Counted from the first letter of the stretch, positions 1 through 13,270 are shown. The stretch is 64,000 nt of DNA from Eledone cirrhosa (GCA_964016885.1 OZ024741.1:172298001-172362000); one strand, 5' to 3'. Translations and numbers: made by a program. The notes: generated by a model not told the origin, from the letters alone.

Positions 1-870
1 TCCACCAAGGCTCTGATCTTTCTTGTTTGTTGTTTCCTCTCGCTTTTATACCAAGTAATTTCCTCACCACATTTGCTGTTGCTTTGAGGATATTGTTGCA
101 CTGGTGAAGGCTCCTCGCCTCAAGGTATGGGATGACTTTGTTTACCTTAGCTGTTGTTTCTTTTAACTTTTTCCTGTCTACAAATCTTAGGTTCATAGGT
201 TTCCCACTATCATTGTTCAATTCATCTACCACTAAGTTTAGGATATCAACCAAATATTGTCCTAGCCCGTCAGCATTCATCTCCTCAATGGCCGTATCTT
301 TGTTCCAGGTATTATTTATTTCAGCATTCAGATCATTGTCTGCTTCGGATGGTTCCTCCGTTCTCTCAACCTCTTCACCTTCATTTCCCACTGGCTCGTT
401 TGCCTGGCATACTCCACTCTCCATTTCCCGTTTGCCTGGCATACTCCACTCTCCATTTCTAACCTAATCTCTCTGCTCAGTTCCTCCAGTTCCAGCTTGC
501 TTATCCAGCCATTAGTTCTTAATACCCGAGCCTGCCCGGCCAATTTTTCTTCATCTAATTTAAATAGACCAATCTCGTTCCAGATGTTATGCATCCGTTT
601 TCTATAGCCTTTCTCCTTGGGGTTACTCTTCAGGGAACATTGCATAACAGTTCTATTCAATTCTTTTGTCCAGTTGGTTCTGGTCCCTTTCCTTCTTCTT
701 CTTCCTCCGACACCAGCGGTATTTGGTTGACAGCTAGGTTCCTGCTGCTGAGCCAGGGAGCACCTGCTGGGTGAGAGTCTGTCACATGACATTCTAGTCT
801 CCACTTCACTGTTATTCGAACTGTTTAGGTTCGACATTTAAACACTCTTATCGAGGATTGGTGAATGTAT
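1..870 (-). mobile_element. R4/Dong-like non-LTR retrotransposon, N-terminal fragment (runs off window start)
   Basis: ORF 328-837 has WTKELNRTVMQC..NPKEKGYRKRMHNIW..EEKLAGQARVLRTNGWISKLELEE, resembling the N-terminal domain of R4/Dong RLE elements; 36-bp tandem duplication near 399-457 disrupts it. Confidence 0.65.
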
Positions 871-1744
871 GGTTACATAACCACCGGTGATTTCATCACT
901 CCCGGTGATTTTTTTGTGGCACTATCACGCTGTAGACGAACATAAATAAACAAGCAAACAAATAGGTAAAAAAAAAATAAAAAAAGAATAAGCATAAGTT
1001 TCATTGTAATGTAATGTTTGAATGTCTGACTGTAATGTAATGTTTTTCCCTTCCCTGTCTGTTTGTTTTTCTTTTCATTTTTCTTTTCTTTATGTTTTTC
1101 GTTGTTGCTGTGCAGCATTGATTTTGATTTTTGGTTTTTTGATTTTTTGACCGGGTCATCAAATCAGTCTATTTATATATTTTGATGCCTTCCTCTTTTA
1201 GTGGGGACACTACGATGCATGTCTTAGCAGGAGGTAGAGGGAGAGAATAGCGGTGGTAGTGATAATGAGGCAGTGGTGGTGGTGGTGGTGCTGTGCTAGT
1301 AGTACTTAGCAGGAGGTAGTGGGAGAGAATAGCGGCGGCAGCGATATTGAGGCAGTGGTGGTGGTGATGTGATCGTAGTACTGTAGTGATGGTGTTGAAG
1401 TTGAAGTAGAAATAGAAGTTGAGGTAACTTGACTAGAGTTTTTAGCGTGGCAGTGGTGGTGAAATTCTTTTTCTGTCTGTCCACTTAGCCATTTAGCTAT
1501 TTAGCTATTTTGCCATTTTGCCATTTTCCTCTTTTTCGACTATAACATTTCTGATCCAAAATTAAATATTAAATATTGGGGCCCTATGCCGTAAATTGAT
1601 GCGTTATGGCTTGCTGAACGTGAAAACTGTAATCTTATTGTTCATTTGTAATAAGAATTATTCTATCACAGCTGTTTTAAAGAAGTAAAAATCAAAAACT
1701 TACGGGAGCGATTCCATAACGATATATATCCACCATGTGCATTT

Positions 1745-1785
<41 letters not shown>

Positions 1786-2369
1786 GGCGACCTACGTAGT
1801 AAATCGTATCATCGTGAGCTCCGCAAAGGTTTGTTATTTTCAGTTGTTTAAAATTGCCATTCATGGAAATTTTTTATTGTTAACTATATATAAGTGCACA
1901 TACATTGATTTCTGAAAAGGACACTCAGAAATATTGGGGCCTTGGAGCCCAAAATTTAAACTTTTTTATAATTATCAAACAAAAATTTTTCTTTGAAAAA
2001 TCATGGATGTCTCAATGTCACTCCTTCGTCACACTCTAACACTTCACACCGACACCATCATTGTAACTATTGCTACGTTTGCCAACACTGGAAATGTAAG
2101 CAGTACCAATATTTTAAATTTGTCTCAGACAGACGTTCATTTCCCGCCATTACCAATGACTGCAGGTGTTAAAGCCGCCACCACCACCACCACCGCGACA
2201 ACCCCCCCCCCACCACCACCACAGCGACAACAGAAAAAAAATTAACTCGTGCTATCGAAATGAATTCAACTAAAATGAACTCTTCCACACCGAACACCAC
2301 TGACGCCACCTGAAACTAAAATTAACAATATCAAAAATAACGATAACATCAACAGCAACAATGAAATTA

Positions 2370-3902
2370 AGTAAACTACCCTTAGTTTTGCCAGAGTAGC
2401 AAAAACGTGCGAAGCGATCCAGGTAACTCAGGAGGAATTAGAAGAAGCCAAAGGAATGGTAAAGAAAGATGGGTACAGGGTAAGCCCCCACCTAATAAAT
2501 GGAGCAACGTCGCCTATGCACCGTATCTTATCGGACAATTAACATAAAATCGCGCCGAGTGGAACGGGCATCCGAGTCCCAAATCCAAAAAGCTTTGGGA
2601 CATGTGTGGGCAAAAAAAACCCACATCAGACGTGGGCAGAAGTATGGAACCGTGGACGTGTTCTTTGAAACACCACAGGAGGCCAGAGAACACTCCATGG
2701 CCCCATTAAGAAGTGACGACTTCACACTCGTCCCAAGCTATTGTGGCCAGAGACTTGTGAAGATCAGGGTGACCCACGTTCCACTGGCCATCGAAATTCC
2801 ATAGCTAATGGCTGCCGTCCTCGCCGGCATCGAGGCCAACACCAAAATAATAGAAATAGCAAAAGAAAAGCAGGAGAACTGGTCCGGACCTGGGATGAAG
2901 CTCCTGATCCAAGCGGACCATAAAAGCATTGAGGAGATCGCAGAGGTAATAGACCTCACTGACGGCAGCCACCTCACCGTAATCGTCGAGGGCAGAAGAC
3001 CTAGGTGTGTCGTTTGTGGTGAAGGAACCCACCTAAGGGCTTTCTGCCCTCAGGCTAAAAGGATGAGGCCACCTCTCTTACCCACCCCAGTGACTCAACC
3101 ATCAACACCACCAGCAGCAGAAATGGCAGCAACAACTGTAGCAGCAACAACAGAAGCGACTGTAACAGCAACAACCCCAGCAACAGTAGCAAACCAACAC
3201 CACCACCACCCAACGCGCCAGAACTAGCACCAGCGCCTACACCATCCACCACGCCACAACCAAAACCAACGCCTGTGGAGGATTTTCCACTCCCCGACTT
3301 ATCGCAACTGGAAACAGATTGTGACGACGAGGAGTGGGAAACGGTATCAGGAAAAAAAAAAGAAACCAAAAAAGAAAAAATTCTCTCCCTTCACCCTCCA
3401 AAAACAAAATACAGAGGGAAACAAATAAATTAACAAACAAAAAAGTTAGGACAGATATGCCACCATCCACACCAGCATCACCAACCCCATCACCACAAAC
3501 ACCAACACCATCACCATCATTAACCCCAACACCACCATCACCAACACCACAAAAGTCACCAAAAAGCCTAATAGAAACATACCCACAATAAACGCAAACA
3601 AAACAAAACAACCAAAACGATACACACTACACAGCATTAAATTATTATACTACATGCAACACAACACCAGCATCACAGAAAAAGACTACACAACAACCCA
3701 AAAGTTCACACCACCTCCACACATACAAATCACTCGCATCACACAGAAAACGTACACGACACTAAAACAAAAATTCCCCAAAGACATCGGAGACTTCCGA
3801 CAAACACTCTCCAGGAGGATTTATAAGGACATCCTTCCGGATGAGGCCACAAGCAGTGAAAAGGATGGACAAACCATCATTCCTCTACGAGAAGTAAGGT
3901 AA
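2370..3902 (+). pseudogene. Tx1-like ORF1 (gag-like) remnant
   Basis: ORFs 2499-2804 and 2808-3227 are in frame across one stop; EGRRPRCVVCGEGTHLRAFCP = CX2CX4HX4C; Pro/Thr-rich tail; homologous to 31680-32350. Confidence 0.8.
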
Positions 3903-3936
3903 GTGGTCTTTCCCATCTTTTCCACTCCATTTCAAC

Positions 3937-6900
3937 ATGACCTCACTCAGAATAGGCAGCATAAATGCGCGTGGCTTGGGGTCGTCATGGAAGCAGGCCC
4001 ACCTGCTCAACGACCTCAGGTCACTAAACATAGATGTAGTGGCCATAAGAGAAACCAGAATCTCCGAAACACGGGCCTTCGCACCGATCTTCGGCGGCTA
4101 CAATGTGTACGCATCTCCCAGCCCTCCGGGTCGGGGGGAGGAGTTGCTGTGCTTTTTCGGAGATCTCGCTATACGGGCCATCTTTCTGGACCCAGAAGGT
4201 AAGTTGGTGGTACTAGACGTGACCAGCGGAGACGGGCAAGCTTTCAGGCTAGTGCCGTCTATGCCCCGACAGGAGCAGGGCGGCCTGATTTCTTCCGGCG
4301 TCTGGAGACCTTTCTTGGAACGTCCCGCTCTTTAGTGTTAGTGGGTGACTGGAACGGGATCTTAGATGCAAGCTGGGACTGTGTGGGATTAGCGGATAGG
4401 GGAGGAGGGTGCAAGAGCCTCACCAACCTGCTCAGGCGTTTTGAAATGTCTGAGACGTACCGATTGGATTTCCCGATTGTGCCAATGTGGACTTGGACAA
4501 ATCGCATAGGGTCATCCAGATCATATCTAGATAGAGTAGTTTGTAGAAAAATAGATAGGACTAGCATAGGCTGTCCACAATTCAAGATAGTCAGCTACAC
4601 GGACCACAAATTCGTGTGCTTGACTTAGATAGGCTTCATAGACGAGGACCCGGATACTGGAAGCTAAACGCGTCCTTACCAGCGCACAAGGCATACAGAG
4701 ACCGGATTAGCGAACTAGTTAAGCGGGCGTTGACGGGGGCCATCGACAAAAACAAGTGGTGGTTTGCTCTGAAAAGAGCAATTAGAATAGAGTCCATTAG
4801 GTTTAGTAAGGCTTTAGCAATAGAGAAAAATAGAGCAGAGAGAGAATTAGTTAGAAAATTAGAAGAGGCGCTTAGCAAAGGCATCGCGACCGACGTACGT
4901 GCGGCGAAATTGGCCCTTGACCAATTCTTCAATGAAAATCCGAAGGCTGCGTTGTCAGAGCTAGGGTGCGTGCTCTCAGACACGAGGAGACGAAAGCCGT
5001 TCAATGGGCCCGAGTGGCGGAGGCGCGTCGTGGCAACAAAGCCACGATCCGGTCTTTGGTGGACCACGACGGGCGCATGCTACTCGATCCCGGGAAAATG
5101 TGTTAAGCTTTTCAGCGACACTTCGCTCAGTTGTTTGGGGTCAGCGGCGGGCCGGATCAAGAGATGGACTTTAGTGTCTACCTCGACAGACTGCCGCGGC
5201 TCTTGGCCACTGAGGTGGAGTGTTGCGAAAAACCGATAACAGCCGCTGAAGTACGGGAGGCAATGACTAGCTGCACAAGGAGTAAATCGCCTGGTTTGGA
5301 TGGTCTTCCCTATGAACTTTACGTACACAGAATTCAAGATTTATGAACACAGATTTATGAACACAGAATTCAAGATTTTGGCCAAGGTGCTAGCAAAGAG
5401 GTTGGCGCTTGTCGTTGGTGGTCTGGTGGGAGAGGCGCAGACATGCGCCATTCCCGACAGATCCATCCACGACAACCTCCACCTCATGCGATACATCGTA
5501 GAGAGGGTAGCTAGGGAACCTGGCACGGGTGGGTCCTTGATCAATTTAGATCAGTCGAAAGCTTTCGATAAGGTCTACCATCGTTACCTAGCGGCAGTCC
5601 TGAGGACGGCTGGCTTTGGGCCCGTCTTCAGAGGATGGATCGCTGCCATGCACAGCGACAGCTGCTCTGTGGTGAGAGTGAACGGTCACCTTTCGGAACT
5701 GTTCAACATCATGCGCTCGGTCCGCCAAGAATGTCCCCTCTCGTCCCTCTTGTACGTATTGACTCTCGAGCCATTACTGTACAAACTGGAGACGTTGAGG
5801 GGGTCCCGCGCGAACTAGGATGCGGAAGATCCGTGTCAGCATATGCGGACGATGTCACCGTAGTGGTGTCGAACGCCAAACACATCGAGGCGATCGGCAC
5901 TACACTAAGAGAATACGAAGCGGTGACAGGAGCAATGATCAACCAGGAAAAGTCAGTGGGCTTGCAGCTCGGCACCCGGAGAGGCAGGTCCATGCCGTCC
6001 AACAGCGTCGTCGGGCGCTGGACGGACGGACCGGTTAAATTGCTAGGGGTCTGGTTCGGTCCAGACCTCCAGACGGACAAAAACTGGGACGAGGTGACGA
6101 GCAGGGTGGCTTCTCTCACCCAGAAATGGGCCGAGAGGAAGCTATCCCTGAAAGGTCGAGAGGAGGTGGCTAACGCGTACATCGCGTCCGTCATCTACTA
6201 CCGCCTGGCCGTCGTACTTTGTCCTAAGCCCCGCCTGACTGCGCTGGAGCGTTTGCTCTTTCGCTTCTTGTGGAAGGGACGCGCTCCGATGGTCAGGCGG
6301 TCCATCTGCTATCAACACCCGCTACGTGGAAGGCTGGGCATGCCGTGGCTGTTGATGCGCTCACAGCCCTCGACCAATCGGGCAATGTGATCGGTGGAAA
6401 CTCCACCTCGGCGTTCTATAGAGGATTAGTGGAGGGGAAGAGCGACGACGTACTTGGGGAAACTCTAGGCGTCGACGAAAATCAACTAGCCAATCTCTTA
6501 GGAAGAACTTTCGGGCCAGGGCCTATGGACAACTTCCAGAAATCTCTGGCCTGGCAGTGCTACCGAGGAGCCTTGCCATTTCGGGATAAACTCTACAGGC
6601 ATGGAGGTGCCGTCAGCCGGGCATGTCCGAGATGCGCGCAGAGCGACGAAACCGTCCTGCACGCACTCATCCAGTGTCCGAAAATTGTTGACTTGTGGGT
6701 TTATGTCGAACACCTGCTGTCGCGTTTAGGACGGATCCGGCTATCATCTGAGTCCATCGTGAGGATTGCCCCGTCCTCCTCCTTTAGCCGGGAAGGGCAG
6801 GCAGTTTTTATCTGTCTGGTGGCCATGGCGAAAGAGATAGTATGGTGGACACGTTTGAAAGGGCTGAAGACGAGCACTTACCTCTTCGGTGATGCTCTGA

Positions 6901-7040
6901 TTGACTTTTTCAAATTTCATTTGAAAAGGAAAATCAGAGTAGAGAGGGAAGTGCTCTCTTCCCAGCATTTTGTTGAAAGATGGGTGAGAGAAGCAAGAAT
7001 GGCCCGAGTGAATGGGCCTACTCTGAGTATATATCTGTAA
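3937..7040 (+). pseudogene. Tx1-like ORF2 (APE endonuclease - reverse transcriptase - zinc finger), frameshifted
   Basis: IGSINARGL, GDWNG, SYLDRV, TDHK, GPGYWKLN (APE); KSPGLDGLP, DQSKAFD, SVRQECPLS, AYADDV (RT); CPRC..ETVLHALIQC. Confidence 0.92.
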
Positions 7041-8176
7041 ATTAAAGGTGGAAAACTGGGAGAGGGCACTTGCCTTGGTGGTCAGGGTCATTGTGGCCTT
7101 TTACTGAGCTTTCTCCACAAATGTCCCTCCGAAGTCTCCCCCCTATTGGGGAATTTTTCATTGTTATTTTTTGTTACATCCTCTGTTTTTGTTTTTTACA
7201 CGCAGAAATGCCCATTTGTACCGTCCTGTATTGTCCTGCACTGTCCTTAATGTCTACTTTATGTAAACCCTTGTGGTTAATAAAGAAAACATTATTATTA
7301 TTATTATTAATATTATTATTATTATTTTATTTCATGCTCCTTTAATGTTTCACTATTGTATAATCTTGTTTATTTGTTGGTGGCAAAGAAGCATTTCTTT
7401 GATATTTTTAGGCGGTGCCCCAGCATGGCCTCAGCCGGATGGCAGGAAAAGTGAAAAGAGTACACATCTAGCGATATATATAAATCAATTAACTGACCTA
7501 TTAAGACAGCGTATCTGGATAAATCTTGAAAAAGTTTACAATGGACTTGAGGTTGAGGATGCTTCTGATATTTTTTCTGTCTACATCTTTTTGAGAATAT
7601 CTGTACTGGATAGAAAGAATAATTTTCACATGGATGGGTCTTGTAAATAGTGTTCTTAGATGTTGTTGATATGTATTAATGTCAGTAGTTATTGTATATA
7701 ATAGAGTTTGGTATGGAATGTTGGGTTGAAGGTTGTAATGGCAGTAAACAGCTCCTATTTAATTACATATCAGTGCGATCTTCCCTTTTAAGCAATGTTG
7801 TTTCCTTATATAGGTGATATGTCTGTGTAGTTTGCGTGTCTGTCACATGGAATGCTACGGCGAATCTTAACAAAGACAGTAGATACGTTGTTTCTTACAT
7901 GACATTACGCAATTGTAAACAACCTACACACTGACTGGCCGCAATAATGCTGAAACCAGCTCAACGACCAGAGCCTAATATTAAAATCGTGAAACCGTAA
8001 GTGTACTGTGGCGAGAAACAATAAAAGAAAGAAAATTGTTTTTTCTAATTAGTTGAGCAATTATTCTCATTTCACATAACCCTCCCAGTTCTCTCTCTCT
8101 GCCTCTCTTTCCTCTCTCTATCTCTGTCTCTCACTCTCTCTCTCTATATATATGTGTTTGTGTGTACATATATATA

Positions 8177-8264
<88 letters not shown>

Positions 8265-8334
8265 AATAGAGAGAGAGGGGTGGGGTGTAGGGAGATAGAC
8301 AGACAGAGAGATAGACAGGCACATAGATAGATAT

Positions 8335-9408
8335 GTTTCTTTATTAGCCACAGGGACACAAAAGAAGGGGACAAATACAAAGGGGGGAGTTTACATACAA
8401 TAAAACCGTGTAAAATATTATCACAAATGCAATTTAAAAAATTAGTCGATTTTCCCAATAGGGGGAGACAGTTCATATGGGTAACACATACCCCCCGAAA
8501 AAATGTGCAACCCTCAACTCCAGGAATACGAAGAGTTTGTACTCCTTTCCTCTCCTCCTCCTTTTCCTCAACCTACATGCTGATATAGAGAGAAGGCCCA
8601 TTCACCCGGGTCATTCTCGCAACTTTCACCCACCTTTCATAAAACTTGCTGGGGTACAGCACCTCTCTCTCCATCCTGATTCTTCTTCCAAAGTGGTATT
8701 TGAAAAAAAGGGATCAGTTGTTGGCCGGAGAGAAAGGTGTCTGACCTCAGCCCTTTCAACCTTGTCCACCATACAACCTCTTTCGCTATAGCTATCACAC
8801 AAAGGAAAATCGCCTCTCCTTCGTTTTTGAAGGAGGGTGGCGGTTTGATCATGACAATGGACTCGGTGGTCAACCGGATTGGTCCCACCCGCGACAATAG
8901 TCGTTCTACATAGCCCCACAGGTTGGTGACGCCCGGGCAGTGTATGAATGCGTGCGCGACGGTTTCTTCGTCTCGCACGCACCTCGGACAGATCTTTTTT
9001 GCAGGGTCCCTGCTCGGGTGCCCATGTCTGTAGAGCTTGTCTCGAACTGGTAGAGCTCCTCGGTAGCACTGCCAGGCCAGGGACTTTTGGAAGTTGTCCA
9101 TCGGTCCCGAGCGGAAGGTCCTACCGAACAGACTGGCCAGTTCATCTTCCTCTACGCCTAGAGTTTCACCGAGCACGTCGTCGCACTTGCTGCGGATCAA
9201 CCCTCCATAGAATGACGAAGTGGAGTCTCCACTGATCGCCAGGTCCGTCTGCCAGAGGGCTGTGAGCGCCTCAGCACATTCGATGTGCCAGTCGCCCATT
9301 TTCCTCGGTCTTTGCTTGACCCAGGACTGCAGCTCGGTCAGCGAGACGAGTCGTGGGAAGGCTCGCCTCACGAACGGCGCCCACACCGGTTGTCCGGTGA
9401 GGAATACG
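8335..9408 (-). mobile_element. 5'-truncated Tx1-like LINE (related subfamily), ORF2 C-terminus and 3' UTR
   Basis: ORF 8637-9623 contains GPMDNFQKSLAWQCYRGALPVRDKLYRHG and CPRC..ETVAHAFIHC, matching ORF 6270-7040. Confidence 0.88.
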
Positions 9409-9899
9409 TAGATGGATAGATAGATAGATAGATAGAGAGATAGAGAGATAGAGAGATAGGTAGATAGGTAGATAGATAGATAAAGTACTGTGGCGGTGAA
9501 AAGCTTTCCATTAAAAATAATTAGAGTGAATAATATATACGATATATACATCTTAATTAAAAAAACAACAAAGAATGAAGAAACAATCTGAGAATGATAG
9601 ACATTTAAATCTATGGTAATCAATGTAGAAGGTTATTAACATGTTAGAATTAGCAATCAAATATCTCCCTCAAAATAATTGTTTCTACTTTTGGCACAAG
9701 TCCAGCAATTTGAAGGGATGGGGAAATCAATATAAAGGTAGTTGTTACAGATGCACACAATTCGGCTTAATGCTTTAAAATAAGTTGAAATGAAAGTTTC
9801 ATTCTATCTTCTGATCTTTCTGCTATACATGATTACATATATTCATTATTTCTTTAAGGTTTAATTTAAGCGAAGCCCTTATTTAGTCTTTGATATTGA

Positions 9900-10310
9900 C
9901 CTTGTATTCTTTATCGATTTCATTTTTTTTTTCTTTTGTCGAACCGTTATGTTACGGGACATAAACACACACAAACGTAAATCTAGATAAGCAGACACAC
10001 ACATATACATACACATACGGGCTTCTGCAGTTTCGGTCTACCAAATTCCACTACACATACGGGCTTCTGCAGTTTCCGTCTACCAAATTCCACTACACAT
10101 ACGGGTTTCTGCAGTTCCCGTCTACCAGATTCAACTCTGCATACGGGCTTTTGCAGTTTCCGTCTATCAAATTCCACTACACACACGGGATTCTGCAATT
10201 CCCATCCACCATATTCCACTACACATACGGGCTTCTGCAGTTTCCGTCTACGAAATTCCACTTACAAGGCTATCGCTAAAGACACAAGCCGAAAAGGATA
10301 CCGCAGAGCC
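9900..10310 (-). mobile_element. Degenerate SINE body with internal minisatellite expansion
   Basis: GGGCTTCTGCAGTTTCCGTCTACCAAATTCCAC..ACAAGGCT and TTTTGTCGAACCGTTATGTTACGGGAC resemble the antisense body of octopus SINEs (from recall); related motif at 63383-63410. Confidence 0.5.
10011..10262. repeat. 42-bp minisatellite, about 6 copies
   Basis: Unit ACACATACGGGCTTCTGCAGTTTCCGTCTACCAAATTCCACT recurs with period 42. Confidence 0.95.
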
Positions 10311-10680
10311 ATATCTCCAGATAATGTATTATTATATATTAGTATATGTGCAAACAGTATTACATTTTAAAAGGAACAGCGAGAAATGTGTATGTAATCG
10401 CTGATTATTTTATATTTAATCATGGAAACATTTCTTACTAAAGATGAAAAAAGATGAACAACTTGATCCGGATTATGATATCTGTTCAGATTTTTATCAG
10501 ACACTGTCTAGATCCATTATAATCTGCGCCTAAATATGGAATAAAACGATATATACACCTATCGAAAGCTACAAAGCTAGACAACTGTGCCAGCTACTTT
10601 GCTTAATTTTAGTGCTTACGGTGATAGTTAATTTAATAACTGTATTGGTCTATATATGTTTACATACATTATATATTTAT

Positions 10681-10870
10681 GGCGGTGGATTGGCAGTGTC
10701 GGTAGAGAGTCGGACGCTATGCTTTGGCGCATAGAGTTACGGCCCTTGTCATTCTGAGTTCAAATCCCGCCGAGGTTAACTTTGCCTTTCATCCTTACGC
10801 GGTCGATAAAATAAAGTACCAGAAACACACTGGGTAATTGCTGGCCTTGTGCCAAAAGTAGAAATAATTA
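10681..10870 (+). mobile_element. tRNA-derived SINE
   Basis: GGCGGTGGATTGGCAG (A-box-like), GAGTTCAAATCC (B box), TTTGCCTTTCATCCTTACG.GGTCGATAAAATAAAGTACCAG core; near-identical copies at 49585 and 54452. Confidence 0.9.
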
Positions 10871-10940
10871 TATATTTATGTACACACATACATATCTGCA
10901 CACATAAATGCTTGTGTATATATATATATATATGTATGTG

Positions 10941-10971
<31 letters not shown>

Positions 10972-11109
10972 GATATTTAAAATGGTGGAGAGAACAACAA
11001 AGATTTATTAATACATGTAAATATTTAATGGCTAACAAATTGTTTCAAATATTGCACAGTAAAAGTGGACACAGATGTATGTATATATATATATATATAT
11101 ATGTGTGTG

Positions 11110-11562
11110 ATTGGATTGGCTGCGTAGTTGCTAGTTAAGGAAGCTTAAAATGGAGTATGAATAAGAAGAAAGCAAGAACGAGGGGGAGTTTTCCTCATCA
11201 ATTGTCTGCTGGGGTCACGGATATTTCCACTCTTTAAAGACAAGATATCTACCGCCCAGAGCGTTCATTAACTGGGTAAGTTATTGGGAAAACGGAGAAG
11301 GGAGAGAAGGAAAATAGAAGGGAAAAGGGGGAAAAAACAGCGAAAAGAACAACAACAAACCGAGCAATGTGCGAGCAACTTAAGGTAAGAAAATCCAAGA
11401 CCACAGCGATAAGAGAACTTAAGTTGACGAGCGTGTGGGCGAGCGAAAAGACACACGTCTGACCCCAGCGATTTGTAAGTGAGAAAAGTACTACTCGGGG
11501 GTCAGGCGAGGGAAACATATTTATATATATATATGTCTCCCTCGCCTGACCCTCTAGTAGTA

Positions 11563-11567
<5 letters not shown>
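11110..11567. repeat. (TA)n-embedded insert ending in a short fold-back
   Basis: AAAAGTACTACTCGGGGGTCAGGCGAGGGA (11484-11513) inverted as TCCCTCGCCTGACCCTCTAGTAGTACTTTT (11538-11567). Confidence 0.6.
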
Positions 11568-11619
<52 letters not shown>

Positions 11620-11625
<6 letters not shown>

Positions 11626-11894
11626 AGTTAATATGCCCAAGGGTACTAAGTATCCCTGGAAATATATAGGTTGTCTATGATTCAAGGGTTTTCAATGGTA
11701 TTAATTTGACATACCAGAACTATAATATTAAGATAAGCAGAACAAACAAAATTCAACCAATTTATTAAAATAAATTAAAAAATATAATTTAAATATTTAC
11801 CTATCGGTAAGGGCGAAAAGGATAGGTAAATATTTAAATAATATTTTTTAATTTATTTTAAAAAATTGGCTGAATTTTGCTTGTTCTGCTTATC

Positions 11895-11900
<6 letters not shown>
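11620..11900. repeat. Fold-back element in (TA)n: about 85-bp arms plus one-sided tail
   Basis: ATATTAAGATAAGCAGAACAA..TTTACCTATC / GATAGGTAAA..TTGTTCTGCTTATCTTAATAT around loop GGTAAGGGCGAAAAG. Confidence 0.85.
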
Positions 11901-11940
<40 letters not shown>

Positions 11941-11942
<2 letters not shown>

Positions 11943-13262
11943 TAATTTAATATATCTATTAACATAAGCGCACAGATGTACGCTAATGCCAGCAAATACA
12001 CAGGTTATGTCATAGTACCTAGGTGGTTCAATGCAGGAGGATGCAGAACAATAATAAAAAAGACGTAAAATAAGAAAAATTAAAAAAAAAAATTTTAGAA
12101 AAGGAGTGAAAATTTTAGTAAGTAAGTTAATTTTTTTAAATTTTTTTTTTTAATTTTTCTTATTTTACGTCTTTTATATTATTGTTCTGCATCCTCCTGC
12201 ATTGAACCACCTAGGTGCTATGACATAACCTGTGTATTTGCTGGCATTAGCGTACATCTGTGCGCTTATGTTAGTAGATATATTAAATTATCTATATTTA
12301 TCTCCAAATCACTGATTTGTCGAGCAAACCTGCCAAAACCACTACTAAATTGTTGGTGTGTTAGTAGGCGTCTGTCTTCTTACCATCCCACACCCACCGA
12401 CTAGCCTCAGTGTCACGTGATTGATTCTTTAGAATCGGCCATTTGACCTGTGGCAGCGAGATTTTCCGTGCTTGGAATCCAGTCCCCGATAGCTGTTCCA
12501 TTTACCGAATTATTATTATTTTTATATGAGTCCCCAGTGTCCGCGAATTGCCTGGAGACTTGGCTGAGAATAGACTTCCCTGATGACGCAATGAAATTCT
12601 CAACAGTTCATTACGTAACTGTCTTTATCCCATTGCAGAAACTAATTAGTTGGAGTGAAAATTTTAGTAAGTAAGTTATTTTTTTTTTATTTTTTTTTTA
12701 AATTTTTCTTATTTTACGTCTTTTATACTATTGTTCTGCATCCTCCTGCATTGAACCACCTAGGTACTATGACATAACCTGTGTATTTGCTGGCATTAGC
12801 GTACATCTGTGCGCTTATGTTAGTAGATATATTAAATTACCTATATTTATCTCCAAATCACTGATTTGTCGAGCAAACCTGCCAAAACCACTACTAAATT
12901 TTTTGTGCGTTAGTAGGCGTCTGTCATTTTACCATCCCACTCCTACCGACTAGCCTCAGTGTCACGTGATTGATTCTTTAGAATCGGCCATTTGACCTGT
13001 GGCAGCGAGATTTCAGTGCTTGGAATCCAGTCCCCGATAGTGTTCCATTTACCGAATTATTATTATTTTTATATGGGTCCCCAGTGTCCGCGCATTGCCT
13101 GGAGACTTGGCTGAGAATAGACCTCCCTGATGACGCAATGAAATTCTCAACAGTTTATTACGTAACTGTCTTTATCCCATTGCAGAAACTAATTAGTTAG
13201 AGTGAAAATTTTAGTAAGTTAATTTTAAAAAGATTTTTTTTTTTAATTTTTCTTATTTTACG

Positions 13263-13270
<8 letters not shown>
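11941..13270 (+). mobile_element. Hammerhead-bearing tandem array (about 548-bp unit x2.1) with a 5' inverted arm; PLE pLTR/retrozyme-like
   Basis: Units start at 12103, 12652, 13199; 11941-12095 is the reverse complement of about 12135-12295; both ends abut (TA)n. Confidence 0.85.
12576..12655 (+). ncRNA. Type I hammerhead ribozyme motif (second copy 13123-13202)
   Basis: TTCC-CTGATGA-cGCAATG...CATTGCa-GAAAC-TAATTA-GTT^GGAG; palindromic stem III AACTAATTAGTT. Confidence 0.72.

Larger units (their letters stand above)
2330..7330 (+). mobile_element. Near full-length decayed Tx1/L1-clade LINE (ORF1 + ORF2 + 3' UTR + (ATT)n); true 5' end may lie up to about 1786
   Basis: ORF1 remnants with CCHC knuckle, APE endonuclease, RT and zf-RVT remnants in order; ends AATAAAGAAAAC(ATT)n like copies at 29774 and 34201. 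Confidence 0.9.

Noticed and set aside
10011-10262. 42-bp repeats as a CRISPR array
   Set aside because: Contiguous tandem units without unique spacers, no cas genes, eukaryotic context
10681-10775. tRNA genes (also 43428, 49585, 54452)
   Set aside because: A/B boxes run into SINE bodies and no clean cloverleaf is evident
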